From Malacoraja senta (taxonomy: Eukaryota), in contig CM075980.1 of assembly GCA_038087875.1 (NCBI GenBank), forward strand, positions 14,880,001 through 14,944,000: a stretch of DNA of 64,000 nt, written 5' to 3'. The position numbers were made by a program, and so were the translations under genes. Numbering within the stretch: position 1 is the first letter of the stretch; every line of letters starts with the position of its first letter. The notes below the pieces were generated by a model, which saw only the letters and a program-made list of their open reading frames with translations, made no database searches and was not told the DNA's origin. Below, in pieces: positions 25,737 to 38,852 of the stretch.

Positions 25737-26809
25737 CCCTCCCTCAGCCCTGGCTCTCCAACACCCGCGGCCTATGAGATTTTGAAATTCTCATTGATCA
25801 CAGAATTTCTCATGACAGAGCGTGAGAAATTTGTGATCAGCGTGAGAGCGTGAGAATTTGTCGAAATGCGTGAGTCTCACGCTTAATACGTGAGAGTTGA
25901 CAGCCCTGCAAACTCTGCACAGACCGCACTCATGATCAGAATCAAAGCTAGATCCCTGCTGCTGTGAGGCAGAAGCTCTAAATGCTGCAGGACTGTGCAA
26001 GAAAATAATAAGACATGTTATAAAGAAGAATGTTCAATACAGGATGTGCACATCATTCTGCTCAAGGAGTATTCTTCTGCCAATCACTCTTGCCTGTTAC
26101 GTTTCTACATATGTTATGGTCGCTCATTGTCAAGTAAAGAGGCTATTGCATTGCCAGCAGCAGTAGCAAATTCACAAGGGAATGTTTACAGATGACACTC
26201 ATTGTGAATTCTTCTGTAGTGTGAAATATTTGTTTTCTTTGCAAAAGAGAAGCATGCACTCAACTAGAAGTGAAAAAAACCCTATCACAACAGGAGAAAA
26301 GAACAGGCCTCAAATGCTGGAGAAGGCATAAGGAAAGTCTAATTGCTGAGCAAGCACATTGAGGAGTGTGTGTGTAATGAAATTGGAGGAAACAGCCCAA
26401 TTCAGGTTGCTAAAATGATGAAGACTCACAATGTGTTGTGAGCTTTATCTGTCTTCATATTTTCAGATTATTTGAAATCTTTACATTATTAATTTATCAG
26501 AATTTCTGATTCACAATAACACACAGCCTCCTAAAATGAATACGCCACTCACTGAACATTCAACAGAAGAAAAAGGTCACCTTCACAGGACCATTTCCCT
26601 ACCTGATTCACCCATGCCACCATGAAACAAGTACTCGCCAAAATACACACAGTAAAGGAAAAGGCGCTTAATAATGTGATTCATGGAGTACCAGTGAACC
26701 ATGATGAGAGGACAGTCATTTATCATTAGTAGGAGAGAAACAGTTGGCCTCAGCTAAGGATCACCAGGATAAGGATTTCAAGGACTCAGACAACTCGTCA
26801 ATCAGTGCA

Positions 26810-27120
26810 ACACACTTGTCTCTGCATCTGAATCTTGGTTTAAATTCCATCTCAGAGACTTGAGCACAAAATCTTATATTGGTAGCACCGTGTAGATGGA
26901 GCAAACATTGAATTTCTAGAGCTTTGTAGATGAGATGTATCTTCTCAGGTGGGCATAACATAGCATCTTCTGAAGTCGCACAGAGGAGATCTCTCCTTTT
27001 GCTAGGCTAAATACATATTTCAATTAAGAATTGCTTTCATTATCATGTTGCTGTTTGAAGGACTATGGTAAAAATTGAGTTTCTTGCATCATAGCAATGG
27101 CTACTTTTCTAAATCCTCTT
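26810..27120 (+). mobile_element. Old Deu-domain-like SINE remnant (similar minus-strand remnant at about 17290-17620)
   Basis: gatgagatg..ctcaggtgg...cattatcatgttgctgtttg resembles the DeuSINE core; heavily diverged. Confidence 0.4.
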
Positions 27121-27640
27121 CTAAAAGTTTTTGTTGATGATCGGAGGGTGGTTGGGGGGTTGGGGGGTGGGAGGGGGGGCATTGCTAGCAAGGCCAGTGT
27201 TGCCCATCCCTAATGTCCTTGAACTAAATGCTTCTTTGGCCATTTCAGAAGGTGTTTAAGAATTAACAATGCCGGGAGGGCCTGACATCAGGTACACCTA
27301 TGGTTGGCAGGTTTCCTACGCTATAGGACATTGATGAGCCACATGGACTTTTGTGAAAAAACAAGTTTTTTTGCGATCATTATTACGAAATGAGTAATTG
27401 TTCTTCAAAAATCTACATTGTTAGATTTTTATTTAAATTTAAATTTAAATTCTACCGCTTCTGTGGAGATGTGAATGTGAGTCTCTGAGAAGTCTTCAGG
27501 AGTCATTTGCAAGCTAACTCCATTTGATCTAACTTCCAGTAATATATTCAAATTACAACGAGCATTGAAGTTATATGGTTTACAAGTGAAATTATATTAT
27601 AGTGATCGCTGCATCATGTTACGTGGTGTTATTTTTGCAG

Positions 27641-27735
27641 CCAGCAAATATTCTACTGGATGAACATGGTCACGTGAGGATATCAGATCTTGGGCTTGCC
27701 TGTGATTTCTCAAAAAAGAAGCCCCACGCCAGCGT
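27641..27735 (+). CDS. GRK3: GRK3 exon 12: [31 protein letters not shown](V)
   Basis: ttttgcag acceptor, gtacgt donor, 95 nt; DLG motif; not in ORF track, translated by hand. Confidence 0.96.
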
Positions 27736-27938
27736 GTACGTACTTGTTAGTCGGTTATTGTGAGCACTGCGTAAACATGACCAGTCTTGAGCTGGCAGAT
27801 AAATGCATTTATCCTACTTACAACCAGATCTACTTAGACAATTCTCTATTTTCAATTACTTTTTAGTTTTAAGTAATTAAAATAGATTTATTTTTTGTTA
27901 TTCTTTTACCCTTTCTTTCCAACATGCACTGATGTTTG

Positions 27939-28132
27939 TAGACAAAAATGCTGGAGAAACTCAGCGGGTGCGGCAGCATCTATGGAGCGAAGGAAATAGG
28001 CAACATTTCGGGCCAAAACCCTCCTTCGAAACGTTGCCTATGTCCTTCGCTCCATAGATGCTGCCGCACCCGCTGAGTTTCTCCAGCATTTTTGTCTACC
28101 TTCGATTTTCCAGCATCTGCAGTTCCTTCTTG
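27939..28132. mobile_element. Short palindromic PLE insertion
   Basis: AACATGCACTGATGTTTG at 27921-27938 and 28133-28150; arms about 75 bp; tail on the right only. Confidence 0.88.
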
Positions 28133-28525
28133 AACATGCACTGATGTTTGCTTGTATACAGTATTATGATTCTCCAGTCCTTAGCCTAAGCATGCAGTAC
28201 AACCAAATTCTTCCTTGTCCAGTTTACACATGTACACTTCTGACATCAATGTTGGATAGCAATCAGAAACTAAAACATTAGCAGTTGCCTAGCGTAAACA
28301 TAACAAGACCATCGTTATCATCGGTGCCATCAATCAGCTGGAGGTCAGTTAATTTCCAAGGGAAGAACAAAATTTAGAGCTTGTCTGTTCTGCATGAATT
28401 GCCACCATAGAATCACTGCTTTTCTGCCATTTTTTATGCGGGTATTAAAAAAGATAATAACATGCAACTGGAAGGACTTGGGTTTATTATTACCTCTGAA
28501 GCTTAGTTTGTTTTTATTGATGCAG

Positions 28526-28633
28526 TGGGACACATGGATACATGGCTCCAGAGGTGTTACAGAAAGGTACAGCGTATGACAGCAGTGCAGATTGGTTTTC
28601 TCTGGGCTGCATGCTCTTCAAGTTACTTCGAGG
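28526..28633 (+). CDS. GRK3: GRK3 exon 13: [35 protein letters not shown](G)
   Basis: tgcag acceptor, gtaagt donor, 108 nt; APE motif; KGTAY is GRK3-type. Confidence 0.97.
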
Positions 28634-29579
28634 GTAAGTCACTTAAACAAATTGCTACACGAAAATAATGCTGCTTGCCTTACTAGTGCTGAAATAAAGA
28701 AATAAAAGAGAAAAGGCAGAAGCATTTAAAATGTTTATTCTCAGTTCTGCTGCTAGTAGTTTTAATAAATTCTTCTAATTCATCAATTCCCTTCACAAAC
28801 AAAGCCTGTCATCGAAACAGAATCCCAGCAATGATAGTCCAATTCACAGGATGAGCAAAGCCTTGAAGTGCCATGCAATGGGAGTCAGAGAAGCCAGAGG
28901 GATTGGAGTTGTGGAAACAGTACACGTCCTCTGACAGCTGATACACTGAGCAACAACAGCACACCTTAGCAGGAAATGAGCCATAGAACCTTTGGATTTA
29001 TATCAAGGCCGTCAAATGGGGACTCTTGCACATGACTGCTGCCTGGTGGTTTTAAAGACAAATTACATCGTTTTAATGAAAATAACCTATGCTATTGTAT
29101 TTCGAGCACTGTGCATACCGTGCATATTGATGAAAATATCTTTAAAAGACCCAGAATATGAAACAGCCTGTTCATAGTTCAAACCAGTTTATTGTTAGAA
29201 TGTTCTGCCTTATGAGAAATAAAGTGAAAAACAAAAAGTTCAAATTCCGCAATTGTAAAAGCAGCAAAAATCCATGCAAGGTCCACAGAGGGGATTACTA
29301 TATATAGCTTAATATAGACTAGAAGGTGCCAGGTTCAGTCCTCAGTGAAACAGCTCCAGCTGTGGCAGCAGATGTGCCACCACAGCTGTTTTAACTCACT
29401 TGCACAAGGACTGGGAAAAATAGCCAGGGTTCAGTTTTTATTAATATTCTTTCGTAACCACTATTGGAAAACGTTTATCTAACTGTCAGGTGGAAAAAAT
29501 GTGTTCAGGTCTGATATTGTAGTTGAAAAAGTTGTCATTCATTCAGTTCATGTTTGAAGCAAGGCATTAAAGGCCTGCT

Positions 29580-29782
29580 AGACACAAAATGCTGGAGTAA
29601 CTCAATGGGACAGGCACACTTCCTTATCTCTGTGTCTCCCCCTCCCTGACCCTCGGTTTGAAGAAGGGTCTCGACCCGAAACATCACCCATTTCTTCTCT
29701 CCAGAGATACTGCCTGTCCCGCTGAGTTACTCCAGTATTTTGTGTCTACGGTTTAAACTAGCATCTGCAGTTCCTTCCTACA
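29580..29782 (+). mobile_element. PLE 3' end with short inverted 5' arm
   Basis: CATTAAAGGCCTGCT at 29565-29579 and 29783-29797; core-like motif 29658-29685. Confidence 0.88.
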
Positions 29783-30714
29783 CATTAAAGGCCTGCTGAT
29801 GTCAATTCAGCCAAAATTGCATTTTTTCTCCTTTCTTCTCCCTAAGGTATTATTGATACAGTATAGACATTTACAAGAACTCTTCCATTCTTCATGTTGG
29901 AGCCTCTGCATTGAAACTTGCTTGGCTAATTCACCTGTGAACATATCAGAAATCCATTGATCAAATCTGGTTCCTGTTGTTTCTTCTGATAAATACTTAT
30001 TGTGAATAGAAGGAAGTTAAAAAGCCACTCTGCTGATAAAGATATATATATACCCTTTCATACTGGGAGAAAGGTGAACCAGCACAGAGCACGAATTGCG
30101 TGTCTGTATGGCTCTTTTACATCCTGGGCAATTGGGAGATCATATATACCGCCTGACCGATTGAGTTCTTCCAGCGTTTAGTTGTCGTTCAAGTTTGCAT
30201 CATACCTCTGGCTACAATTCCTGTATGGAACTAGCTGGAGACTCAACTCCAACCACAGTACTTCTGAATTATAATTTATATTTTAATAAAAGAATGAAAA
30301 CTTCAATGTAACATTGCTTTATTGACAGTGACTGCCCGGAAGTGATCCACAGTGAAACACAGAGGACTGGATTAGGGAGTAGCACACATTTCAAAGGGAG
30401 ATGAGAAAAATAATATTAAAATAAAACATGCAAAGGATGAAAGATTTTGAGTCATTTTCTTAAAACTATGTAAAAAATATATATAACATAAAAGTGCCTT
30501 CCCTTGCATGCTTCATGGTCATTGACATAATATGTCCTTCAGCCATGTCAAACAAAAGGAATTTGTATGTTAACATTAGATGACAAGTTATCAGAGACAT
30601 AAACTTTCCTTTTATTCCTCTTCCCCCCCCAAGATTCCCACGCGATTGACCATCTTCGCGATGTTCAAATCAGTTGCTCCAGTGTCTGATGATAAACTAT
30701 TTTCCTCCCATTAG

Positions 30715-30781
30715 ACACAGCCCTTTCCGGCAGCACAAGACGAAAGACAAGCATGAGATTGATCGCATGACGCTCACAATG
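30715..30781 (+). CDS. GRK3: GRK3 exon 14: [22 protein letters not shown]
   Basis: cattag acceptor, gtaaga donor, 67 nt, phase consistent. Confidence 0.96.
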
Positions 30782-31822
30782 GTAAGAAAACAGATTTCTC
30801 AACAAAAATCCCATTCACAAATGAGACAGTGCAACAGGAAGATTTTTTAAATTGGGTTAGTCACACTGCAGAGATGCTTCAGACTTCGACAAAGAATTGT
30901 TAGGATGTTATATTTAAACTGATTTCATTTATACATTTTGATGATGGAAAATGAGCATTTGTTGCTAATTTTAATTATTTGATATAATGTGGGGGTTTTT
31001 TTGTTACATCATTTTTGGACAGCTTTGAAACACCAATCGAAGAATTATTTGACCAGTTCTTGTCTTCTATGGAGAAGTCTCTCCAGATATCCTTGTTCAA
31101 TGGAAGAAACATGTAAACTTGCATTTTTGCGAACTGCTTCGTCTGTTGGGTTAGTAAAGGAGTAATGTTGACAGCATTGTAGACTAAGAAAATAGTCCAG
31201 ACCCTAATCAGGCCGATGGAGGAAAGATCAGATACATTCATGTTACATTAATGGCAGTGGTGTACATGACTTTTACTAAGTATGTGGATTAGTGCACTTG
31301 CATATTAATTTGAAGTAAAATCAGAAAGCATGTTGCAGAGCAGAGGTTTGTATTACAGATTTTCACAATGCCGAATCATCTATGGGTAGTTAGGGTGAGA
31401 GACAGAAATTACTCAGTAATCCCATAAAACAGTGTGATCTCTGTATGAGACTGCCCATACCTCAGAACTGATCAGCAGTCTGATCAGTTCTGACAGAAAA
31501 GTGGGTTAAAACGAGGCATGGGAGTTGAACTTGAAGTGGAATTGTAAGTATGATGTGGATGCTTGAGGAGGTGGTTGTGTGGTGTGGTGATACAGGGGGA
31601 GAAGAATGGAAAGGAAAATATCGTTGCTTAAAATACACCCTCGTTACATGGTTATCAGGTTGTACTGATTCCACGTGTATGTGTGAGATTTATTTTATGT
31701 AACCAAGAGGAGGTAGTTGAGGCAGGTACAATAACAAAAAAATCAAAAACATTTGGACAGGTACGTGAATAGGAAAGGTTTACAGGGATATGGGCCAAAC
31801 ACAGGCAATAGGGTCTAACATA

Positions 31823-33469
31823 CAGTGCCCTCCATAATGTTTGGGACAAAGACCCATCATTTATTTATTTGCCTCTGTACTCCACAATTTGAGATTTGTA
31901 ATAGGAAAAAATCACATGTGGTTAAAGTGCACATTGTCAGATTTTATTAAAGGGTATTTTTATACATTTTGGATTCACCATGTAGAAATTGCAGCTGTGT
32001 TGATACATAGTCCCCCCCCCATTTCACGGCACCATAATGTTTGGGACACATGGCTTCACAGGTGTTTGTAATTGCTCAGGTGTGTTTAATTGCCTCCTTG
32101 ATGCAGGTATAAGAGATCTCTCAGCACCTAGTCTTTCCTCCGGTCTTTCCATCACCTTTGGAAACTTTTATTGCTGTTTATCAACATGAGGACCAAAGTT
32201 GTGCCAATGAAAGTCAAAGAAGCCATTATGAGACTGAGAAACAAGAATAAAACTGTTAGAGACATCAGCCAAACCTTAGGCTTACCAAAATCATCTGTTT
32301 GGAACATCATTAAGAAGAAAGAGAGCACTGGTGAGCTTACTAATCGCAAAGGGACTGGCAGGCCAAGGAAGACCTCCACAGCTGATGACAGAGGAACTCT
32401 CTCTATAATAAAGAATAATTACCAAACACCTGTCCGACAGATCAGAAACATTCTTCAGGAGTCAGGTATGGATTTGTCAATGACCACTGTCCGGAGAAGA
32501 CTTCATGAACAGAAATACCGAGGCTACTCTGCAAGATGCATGTCACTGGTTAGCTGCAAAAATAGGATGGCCAGGTTACAGTTTGCCAAGATGTGCATAA
32601 AGGAGCAACCACAGTTCTGGAAAAAGGACTTGTGGACAGATGAGACGAATATTAACTTATATCAGAGTGATGGCAAGAGCAAAGTATGGAGGAGAGAAGG
32701 AACTGCCCAAGATCCAAAGCATACCACCTCATCTGAGAAACATGGTGTTGGGGGTGTTATGGCCTGGGCATGTATGGCTGCTAAAGGTACTGGCTCACTT
32801 ATCTTCATTGATGATACAACTGCTGATGATAGTAGCATAATGAATTCTGAAGCGTATAGACACATCCGATCTGCTCAAGTTCAAACAAATGCCTCAAAAC
32901 TCATTGGCTGGCGATTCATTCTACAGCAAGACAATGATCCCAAACAACAATATTGTGCTCTCATTGTGCTAAAGCAACAAAGGAGATTTTCAAAACTAAA
33001 AAATGGTAAATTCTTGAGTGGCCAAGTCAATCACCCGATCTGAACCCAATTGAGCATGCCTTTTATATGCTGAAGACAAAACTGAAGAGGACTAGCCCCC
33101 AAAACAAGCTAAAGATTGCTGCAATACAGGTGTGGCAGAGAAGACACTCAGCAACTGGTGATATCTATGAATCGCAGACTTCAAGCAGTTGTTGCAATCA
33201 AAGGATATGCAACAAAATACTAAACATGACTACTTTAATTTACATGACATTGCAGTCCCAAACATTATGGTGCCCTGAAATTGGGGACCATAAACACCGC
33301 TGTAATTTCTGCATGGTGAAACCAAAATGTGTAAAAATGGCCTTTATTAAAATCTGACAATGTGCACTTTAACCACGTGATTTTTTTCTATTACAAATCT
33401 CAAATTGAGGAGTACAGAGGCAAATAAATAAATGGTGGGTCTTTGTCCCAAACAGTATGGAGGGCACTG
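31823..33469 (+). mobile_element. Tc1 family 2, copy B, near full length, inserted in a CR1 3' UTR
   Basis: both TIRs (about 225 bp); TA left, CA right; ORF 32171-33043 with WTDETN and QQDNDPK, then a frameshifting insert; CR1 UTR continues on both sides. Confidence 0.96.
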
Positions 33470-34875
33470 CAGAAGACGCATCTTGATCAACATGGACAAG
33501 TTGGGTCAAAGGCCTGTTTCCATGCTGTATGACTACCATTCAATGTTTGAACTCATGTGGTCTTGCTACACATTAACATAGTAGGTGGTAGAGTGATTGT
33601 TCAATTGGTGCCAAATCCCAATGTTGGCTTAGAGCTTTAATTCTTGTGAAAATGACATGGAAGAAAGCTTGTGATGTTGGGCCATGAAGAACATATAAGT
33701 CTGTCAACTGGCCTAGAAAATAGATTCCTTGAGTAATAAGGAAGACTATAGTGCTGTGTTGATTGCTCACTTATTCAATTTAAATGAATCAACTGTGCAT
33801 GCTATTAAAAGTGTTACAAGTTAGAGACTGTGTGAAATCAACAACTCCAATGAATCTTGTGTGTTGTTAGTGACAAGAGTTCTTCATTTAGCTATGGTAT
33901 AGAAACTTTGGATCAAAGAACTGATCGGTATTGATGTATCAGTGATTAATGATATTGCAATCATAATTGTTGCTCGGTATCACCCACGTGACTTGAAGTG
34001 AAGGAAAATGTAATGAACCAAGCTATTCACTGTTGGGGGAGATTAACTGTACAGATTGTTCAGCAAAGTGAGAAATTACAAGACAAATTGGGATCTGTGG
34101 ATAGTAATAATGCAATATTAAGCCTGAGCTTTTAAAATGCATTAAAGATAAAAGCTACAAACCTGCTTGAATTTCAACTGTAATCAAACAGTTTTTTTTA
34201 CAAGAAAATGGACAATAGAACTTACTGAACGAACGAAAAAAAACTGCATGCCCATACTTAAGGGGACTTTGCGTGCAAATCCCTTTCGCTGTTCAGAGCT
34301 AAGGATCCACATGCAGTAAAGAGCATAAGCAAGAAATATTGGCCATTCGGGCATTCGGGGAAGAACAGGCAGATCATGTTTTTGTGGACTGGCTGCAGAA
34401 CTGATTTTGGAGAATGGAAATGAAGGAATGCATTGTGAGAAAGGATCTCCCATTCAGAGATTTACTCACATTGACCAAGTACCAACTCGCAACTCAGTCA
34501 TTGTTGATTCTTTCATTTCTGATATGTGTTTGGCTCCCAATATGATGTACTACCTATGGACCAGGCTGTAATTAAGATTTCTAAGTCATTTTTTCCATCT
34601 GGAGGCTCTACAGACAACCATGGGAGCAATTGCCAAAAGAAGAGTTAAGAATCTGATTGTTTTGGAAAAATACAATGTTTCGGACTGTGCAGCATCATCC
34701 AGGAAATATCTCAGAAAGCTAAGAAAGAAGTGTAGAGAAGCTCTTATGCCCTGCCCCACATTTACTTTTTAATCAGTGCCACTCAGAACGTTTGCTTATC
34801 ACATTTCTGCTTGTGGGTTCTTTCTTTGGGTGACTGTCGGATTTGCTTATTTTAAAACATTATGTAAAACAAATT

Positions 34876-35051
34876 TGGGCGAGGCAGCATTTATGGAGGG
34901 AAGGAATTGCCGATGTTTTGGGTCGAGACCCTTCTTCAGCCCGAAACATTGCCAATTCCTTCTCTCCATAGATGCTGCTTCGCCTGCTAAGTTTCTCCAG
35001 AATTTTGTGTCCACCTTCGATTGTACCAGCATCTGCAGTTCTTTCTTAAAC
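34876..35051. mobile_element. Short palindromic PLE insertion
   Basis: ATGTAAAACAAATT at 34862-34875 and 35052-35065. Confidence 0.85.
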
Positions 35052-35267
35052 ATGTAAAACAAATTAATTGGCTCTGAAGTACTTTAAGAATGCGAAAGAT
35101 CCTAGGTATATCAACCTTTTTAGCTTTGTTGATTTTCACAGTATTCCCAAACCCAGACAATCTAAAATGCATTGGAACAATTGAGAAGAATGTGATTAGG
35201 ATCCATTCCATTTACACTGGAAGGCTAAACTTCAATGGTGTTTAATTGTTTTCATTTCCTCTTCCAG

Positions 35268-35368
35268 AACGTGGAATTACCAGATTATTTCTCTGTGGAG
35301 TTGAAGTCTCTTTTGGAAGGTCTGTTACAGCGAGATGTTGCCAAGAGACTGGGATGCCTAGGACGAGG
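35268..35368 (+). CDS. GRK3: GRK3 exon 15: [33 protein letters not shown](G)
   Basis: cttccag acceptor, gtaggt donor, 101 nt. Confidence 0.96.
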
Positions 35369-36389
35369 GTAGGTTGTAGTTTTATGCTTTACTTAAAGGA
35401 GCATATTGGAGACCAGTAGCAGAATGTGTGAAAGATGTTCTCTCTGAAGGGTCGAATACTTTAAATAGTAGGCAGTGACTGTAGTTTTGTGACTCCAATT
35501 GCTTGAAAGCTGGAATACTTATCCCACAGTGCAAAATGTTAAAGTTTATGTTCTTTTTGTTAAACGAAAGACAATTAACATATGCTTATGAAGATTGTCT
35601 TGCCAATATATTTCACCAGTTTTCAACAAGGCTGCGATAAAGGAACTTGATCGTTAAGTTAAGCACCCAATGTGATAAAGTTGAATTTGCCACCATTGCA
35701 TTTCCGCATGGAAGTGTTTTCCTCAATAAATGTATTTTACTTGGATATGTAATTGGTTAATGAATATAAACAGGGGGTGTTGGTCCAGAAACATTCTGAC
35801 GGTTGAGTAGTGGGATGGTTTATTTGGGTCCTATTTTGGTTTACATCTTCATGAAAGATTTGAATATAGAAGTAGAATGAAGACCAAAGAAAGTGCAATG
35901 CAACTCCTGGCATCAATGCACAGTTAACTGCTGAAATACAGGAATTGGTGTCAGTGATTTCTGCACAGGATGCAGTTTTTCATTGCAGGTCCTCCTCTGC
36001 TGACTCGTGTACAAGCCCATACGGAGATGGATTTGCAGGCTGCTGCAAGGCTGCAGGCATCTTCTGACCCATGGGATCTTGGTTCACAGCAGTATCTGAA
36101 TGTTTATTAAATGCTCTGGTTTAACTACATGTTGTCCTAGGTGAGCTTATGTTTTTATTTAAATACATTGCCGGCGGCACGTTTCTTAGTTGCGGGTTAC
36201 GAACAATTCTCAGGAATGGAAACCTTTCGTAATCTGGGAAGCACCTGTATTCCCAGATTCGATCAGTTATTTGATGTTAACCAACTTTTTTACATTCATA
36301 TTCCATTTTTATGATGTCAATTTAGTTTTGCTTTCTGCAAAATGATTGTAAAGTTAATCCATGGCTTTCACTTTGTGGCTTCTACTTTT

Positions 36390-36706
36390 AGTTTTGTTCA
36401 GTTTAGTTTAGAGATACAGCGCGGAAACAGGCCCTTCGTCCCACCGAATGTGAGCCGACCAGCGATCCCCGCACATTAACACTATTCCACACAGACTAGG
36501 GACAATTTACAATTTTACCAATCCAAATAACCTACAAACCTGCACGACTTTGGAGTGTAGAGGAAATTGGAGCTCCCAGGGAAAACCCATGCAGGTCACA
36601 GGGAGAACATACAAACTCCGCACAGACAAGCACCCTTAGTCAGGATTGAACCCTAGTCGCTGGTGCTGTAAGGCAGCAACTCTACCACGATGCCACTGTA
36701 CCGCCC
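36390..36706 (-). mobile_element. tRNA-derived V-SINE (HE1-like)
   Basis: same layout as 20833-21148; (GTTTA)n tail on the + strand. Confidence 0.85.
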
Positions 36707-37049
36707 ACCTGTGTTTTATAATATGATAAAGGATTGGCTACCTCTAACAAAGGCACTAGATTGAGAGTTAAATTAGAGTAAAGGAAATTGACCCCAGAGA
36801 GCCCTCAATCTTTTTGGCAGCTTTTTCTGAAGTCAATAATATGATTCAGTGATTTGCCACTGAACTCAAAAGTTGCCCATTATGTAATGTTCCATGAGTG
36901 GTCAGTAACTGAATTTTTGAGGAAGATTGAGAAAATATATTATTTTGTTGCATCCATAATTCTCATGTCCATGTCTGTTTTGAAGGATCATCCCTTCTTG
37001 CATGCCTCCAAATGTTGTCAGAAGTGATGTTCTTTGGAATTCTGGAAGT

Positions 37050-38785
37050 GAAATGTGCACTGTATTTGATTGTCAAGGTTAATTGTGTTGAGATTGTGTT
37101 GCTGAATGCCAGGATTGATGTTGGTTTCATGCTGCCCCTTGCCAAGTGTAATCTTACCACCTTGTTCATTGGCAATGCTGCTGAGGAATAAGGCTAATGG
37201 AACCATGTTGTTGTAGCATTGCTTAATGTGAAGGCTACTGATAAACCTTTCACTAAATCACTAGGTGTCATGTGTTCTGTATCAAGGCTCATGAAGAAAC
37301 GTTATTATTCAATGTCAGGGGTCCTGCTGACGTCTTGTTGCAGAGTACCAGTGACACTGATGGTAGGGTTAAATTATAACGTCATGGCCACAAGATAATC
37401 AATTATTTTGCTTGTTGAGATATTTTTTAGATGTACATTATCTTTGTAATTGATGGTATAATATTACTCAGTACCTGTACTAGTGACAATATCTTATTGC
37501 TTGATGACAGTGTCAGTGATACTGTTATGTTCAATGCCATGTTATTGATAAAAACCTGTTGCTCGTCATAAGTTATAATAATTGTTGTTGGTCACTACCA
37601 GATTATAAAACCATGTTTTTCACTTACTAAGGCACCTGTCAGATGCTGGCTGTGCTGGGATTATTTTGTTGCTCAGTGTTAATGATTATTTCTCCCCGGA
37701 TAATCAGTGTTAATGATCATATTTTGTTTATTTTCTAGGGTTAATGATCCTATGGCATTTCAGTGTCAGAGCAAATTATGATATTTTGTTGCTCAATCGC
37801 AACAATACTAATAATCTCATGTTGCTCACTGCCTGACTAAATGATTCCCTGCCCCTGAACCCCAGGGTTCCTGATTATATCTTGATGCACAGTTCTTAGT
37901 TATTACTTTTTGTTGCTCAATGCCAGAGTTACTAATTATGTCGTCTTGCGCAGTGCCAGGTTTAATGATTGCATTTTATTGCTTCATCCCAGGTGTAATA
38001 ATTCAATTTTGCCCTGTACTTTATTTTTGATATATTTTGCATACTGCCAGGGGTACTGATGATGTCAGGATCAGTTGAGAAGGTACACCCTGTAAGTGCG
38101 AGGATCTCATGTGATAAATTGTCAAGTAAGAATTACCTGGGTAATGGTGTCCATTTTTGGACAACACAATCTAGAAGTGATGACAGGTCCTTGGAGAGGC
38201 CATGAATAATAACAGGGACTAATTATTTTAATTATCCAGAGAGACTGGAATTGTTCTCTTAAAAACATAGGAGATAGCAGATGACTTAATGGAGAAGTTC
38301 AAACTTAAAATATTTTTTGAGAGGAAAAAAGTATTGTCATGATGGTTGGAACCACAAATTTGAGGTTATTGGAGAACAAAAGCAATTTTTTTTTAATACA
38401 GAGAATTATTATGATCTGGAATTCACAGCCTGAAAAAGCGATTCAATATACAACATTTATAATAATATTGAAAGAATAATTGGAAATGTGCACGATATTG
38501 GTTAAAATGCAGAGAATTTGGTTGGAATTGTCTTTGACAGAGATGGCAGCGGCATGATGGACAATCACTATGTCCTTTGCTAGAATTCTGTGATGCTGTT
38601 GCTCAGTTTCAACATTAAATATTGCTTCCTCGCGCAAGGGTTAATGATGACATTTGATTGTTCAGTGCCAAGATTAAATATTTTATTGACAGTACTATGT
38701 TTATTCATGCTAGGGTTATCAAACCTAATGCAAGGGTCAATTTTTGTTCAACTTTGGGGTTACATGATACTTTTTGTCTCCATAG
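37050..38785 (+). repeat. Old ~33-bp minisatellite (GGGTTAATGATTATATTTTGTTGCTCAGTGCCA-like), interrupted by a CR1 remnant at about 38070-38590
   Basis: recurring ttttgttgctca.tgccaggg and ttaatga motifs. Confidence 0.7.
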
Positions 38786-38852
38786 TGCTGTGGAAGTGAA
38801 AGAACATCCTTTTTTTAAAGGGATTGATTGGCAACAAGTCTACTTGCAGAAG
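38786..38852 (+). CDS. GRK3: GRK3 exon 16: AVEVKEHPFFKGIDWQQVYLQK
   Basis: ccatag acceptor, gtgaga donor, 67 nt. Confidence 0.96.

Larger units (their letters stand above)
22590..25908. mobile_element. Non-autonomous TIR DNA transposon (hAT-like ends) with cargo and nested inserts
   Basis: CAGGGTTGCCAAC (22590-22602) vs GTTGACAGCCCTG (25896-25908), 11/13 inverted match; GTGAGA subterminal repeats at both ends; flanks CAACCT / CAAACT; splits a SINE. Confidence 0.7.

Noticed and set aside
27145-27180. G-quadruplex-capable G-run tract
   Set aside because: Simple low-complexity tract between old repeats with no functional evidence.
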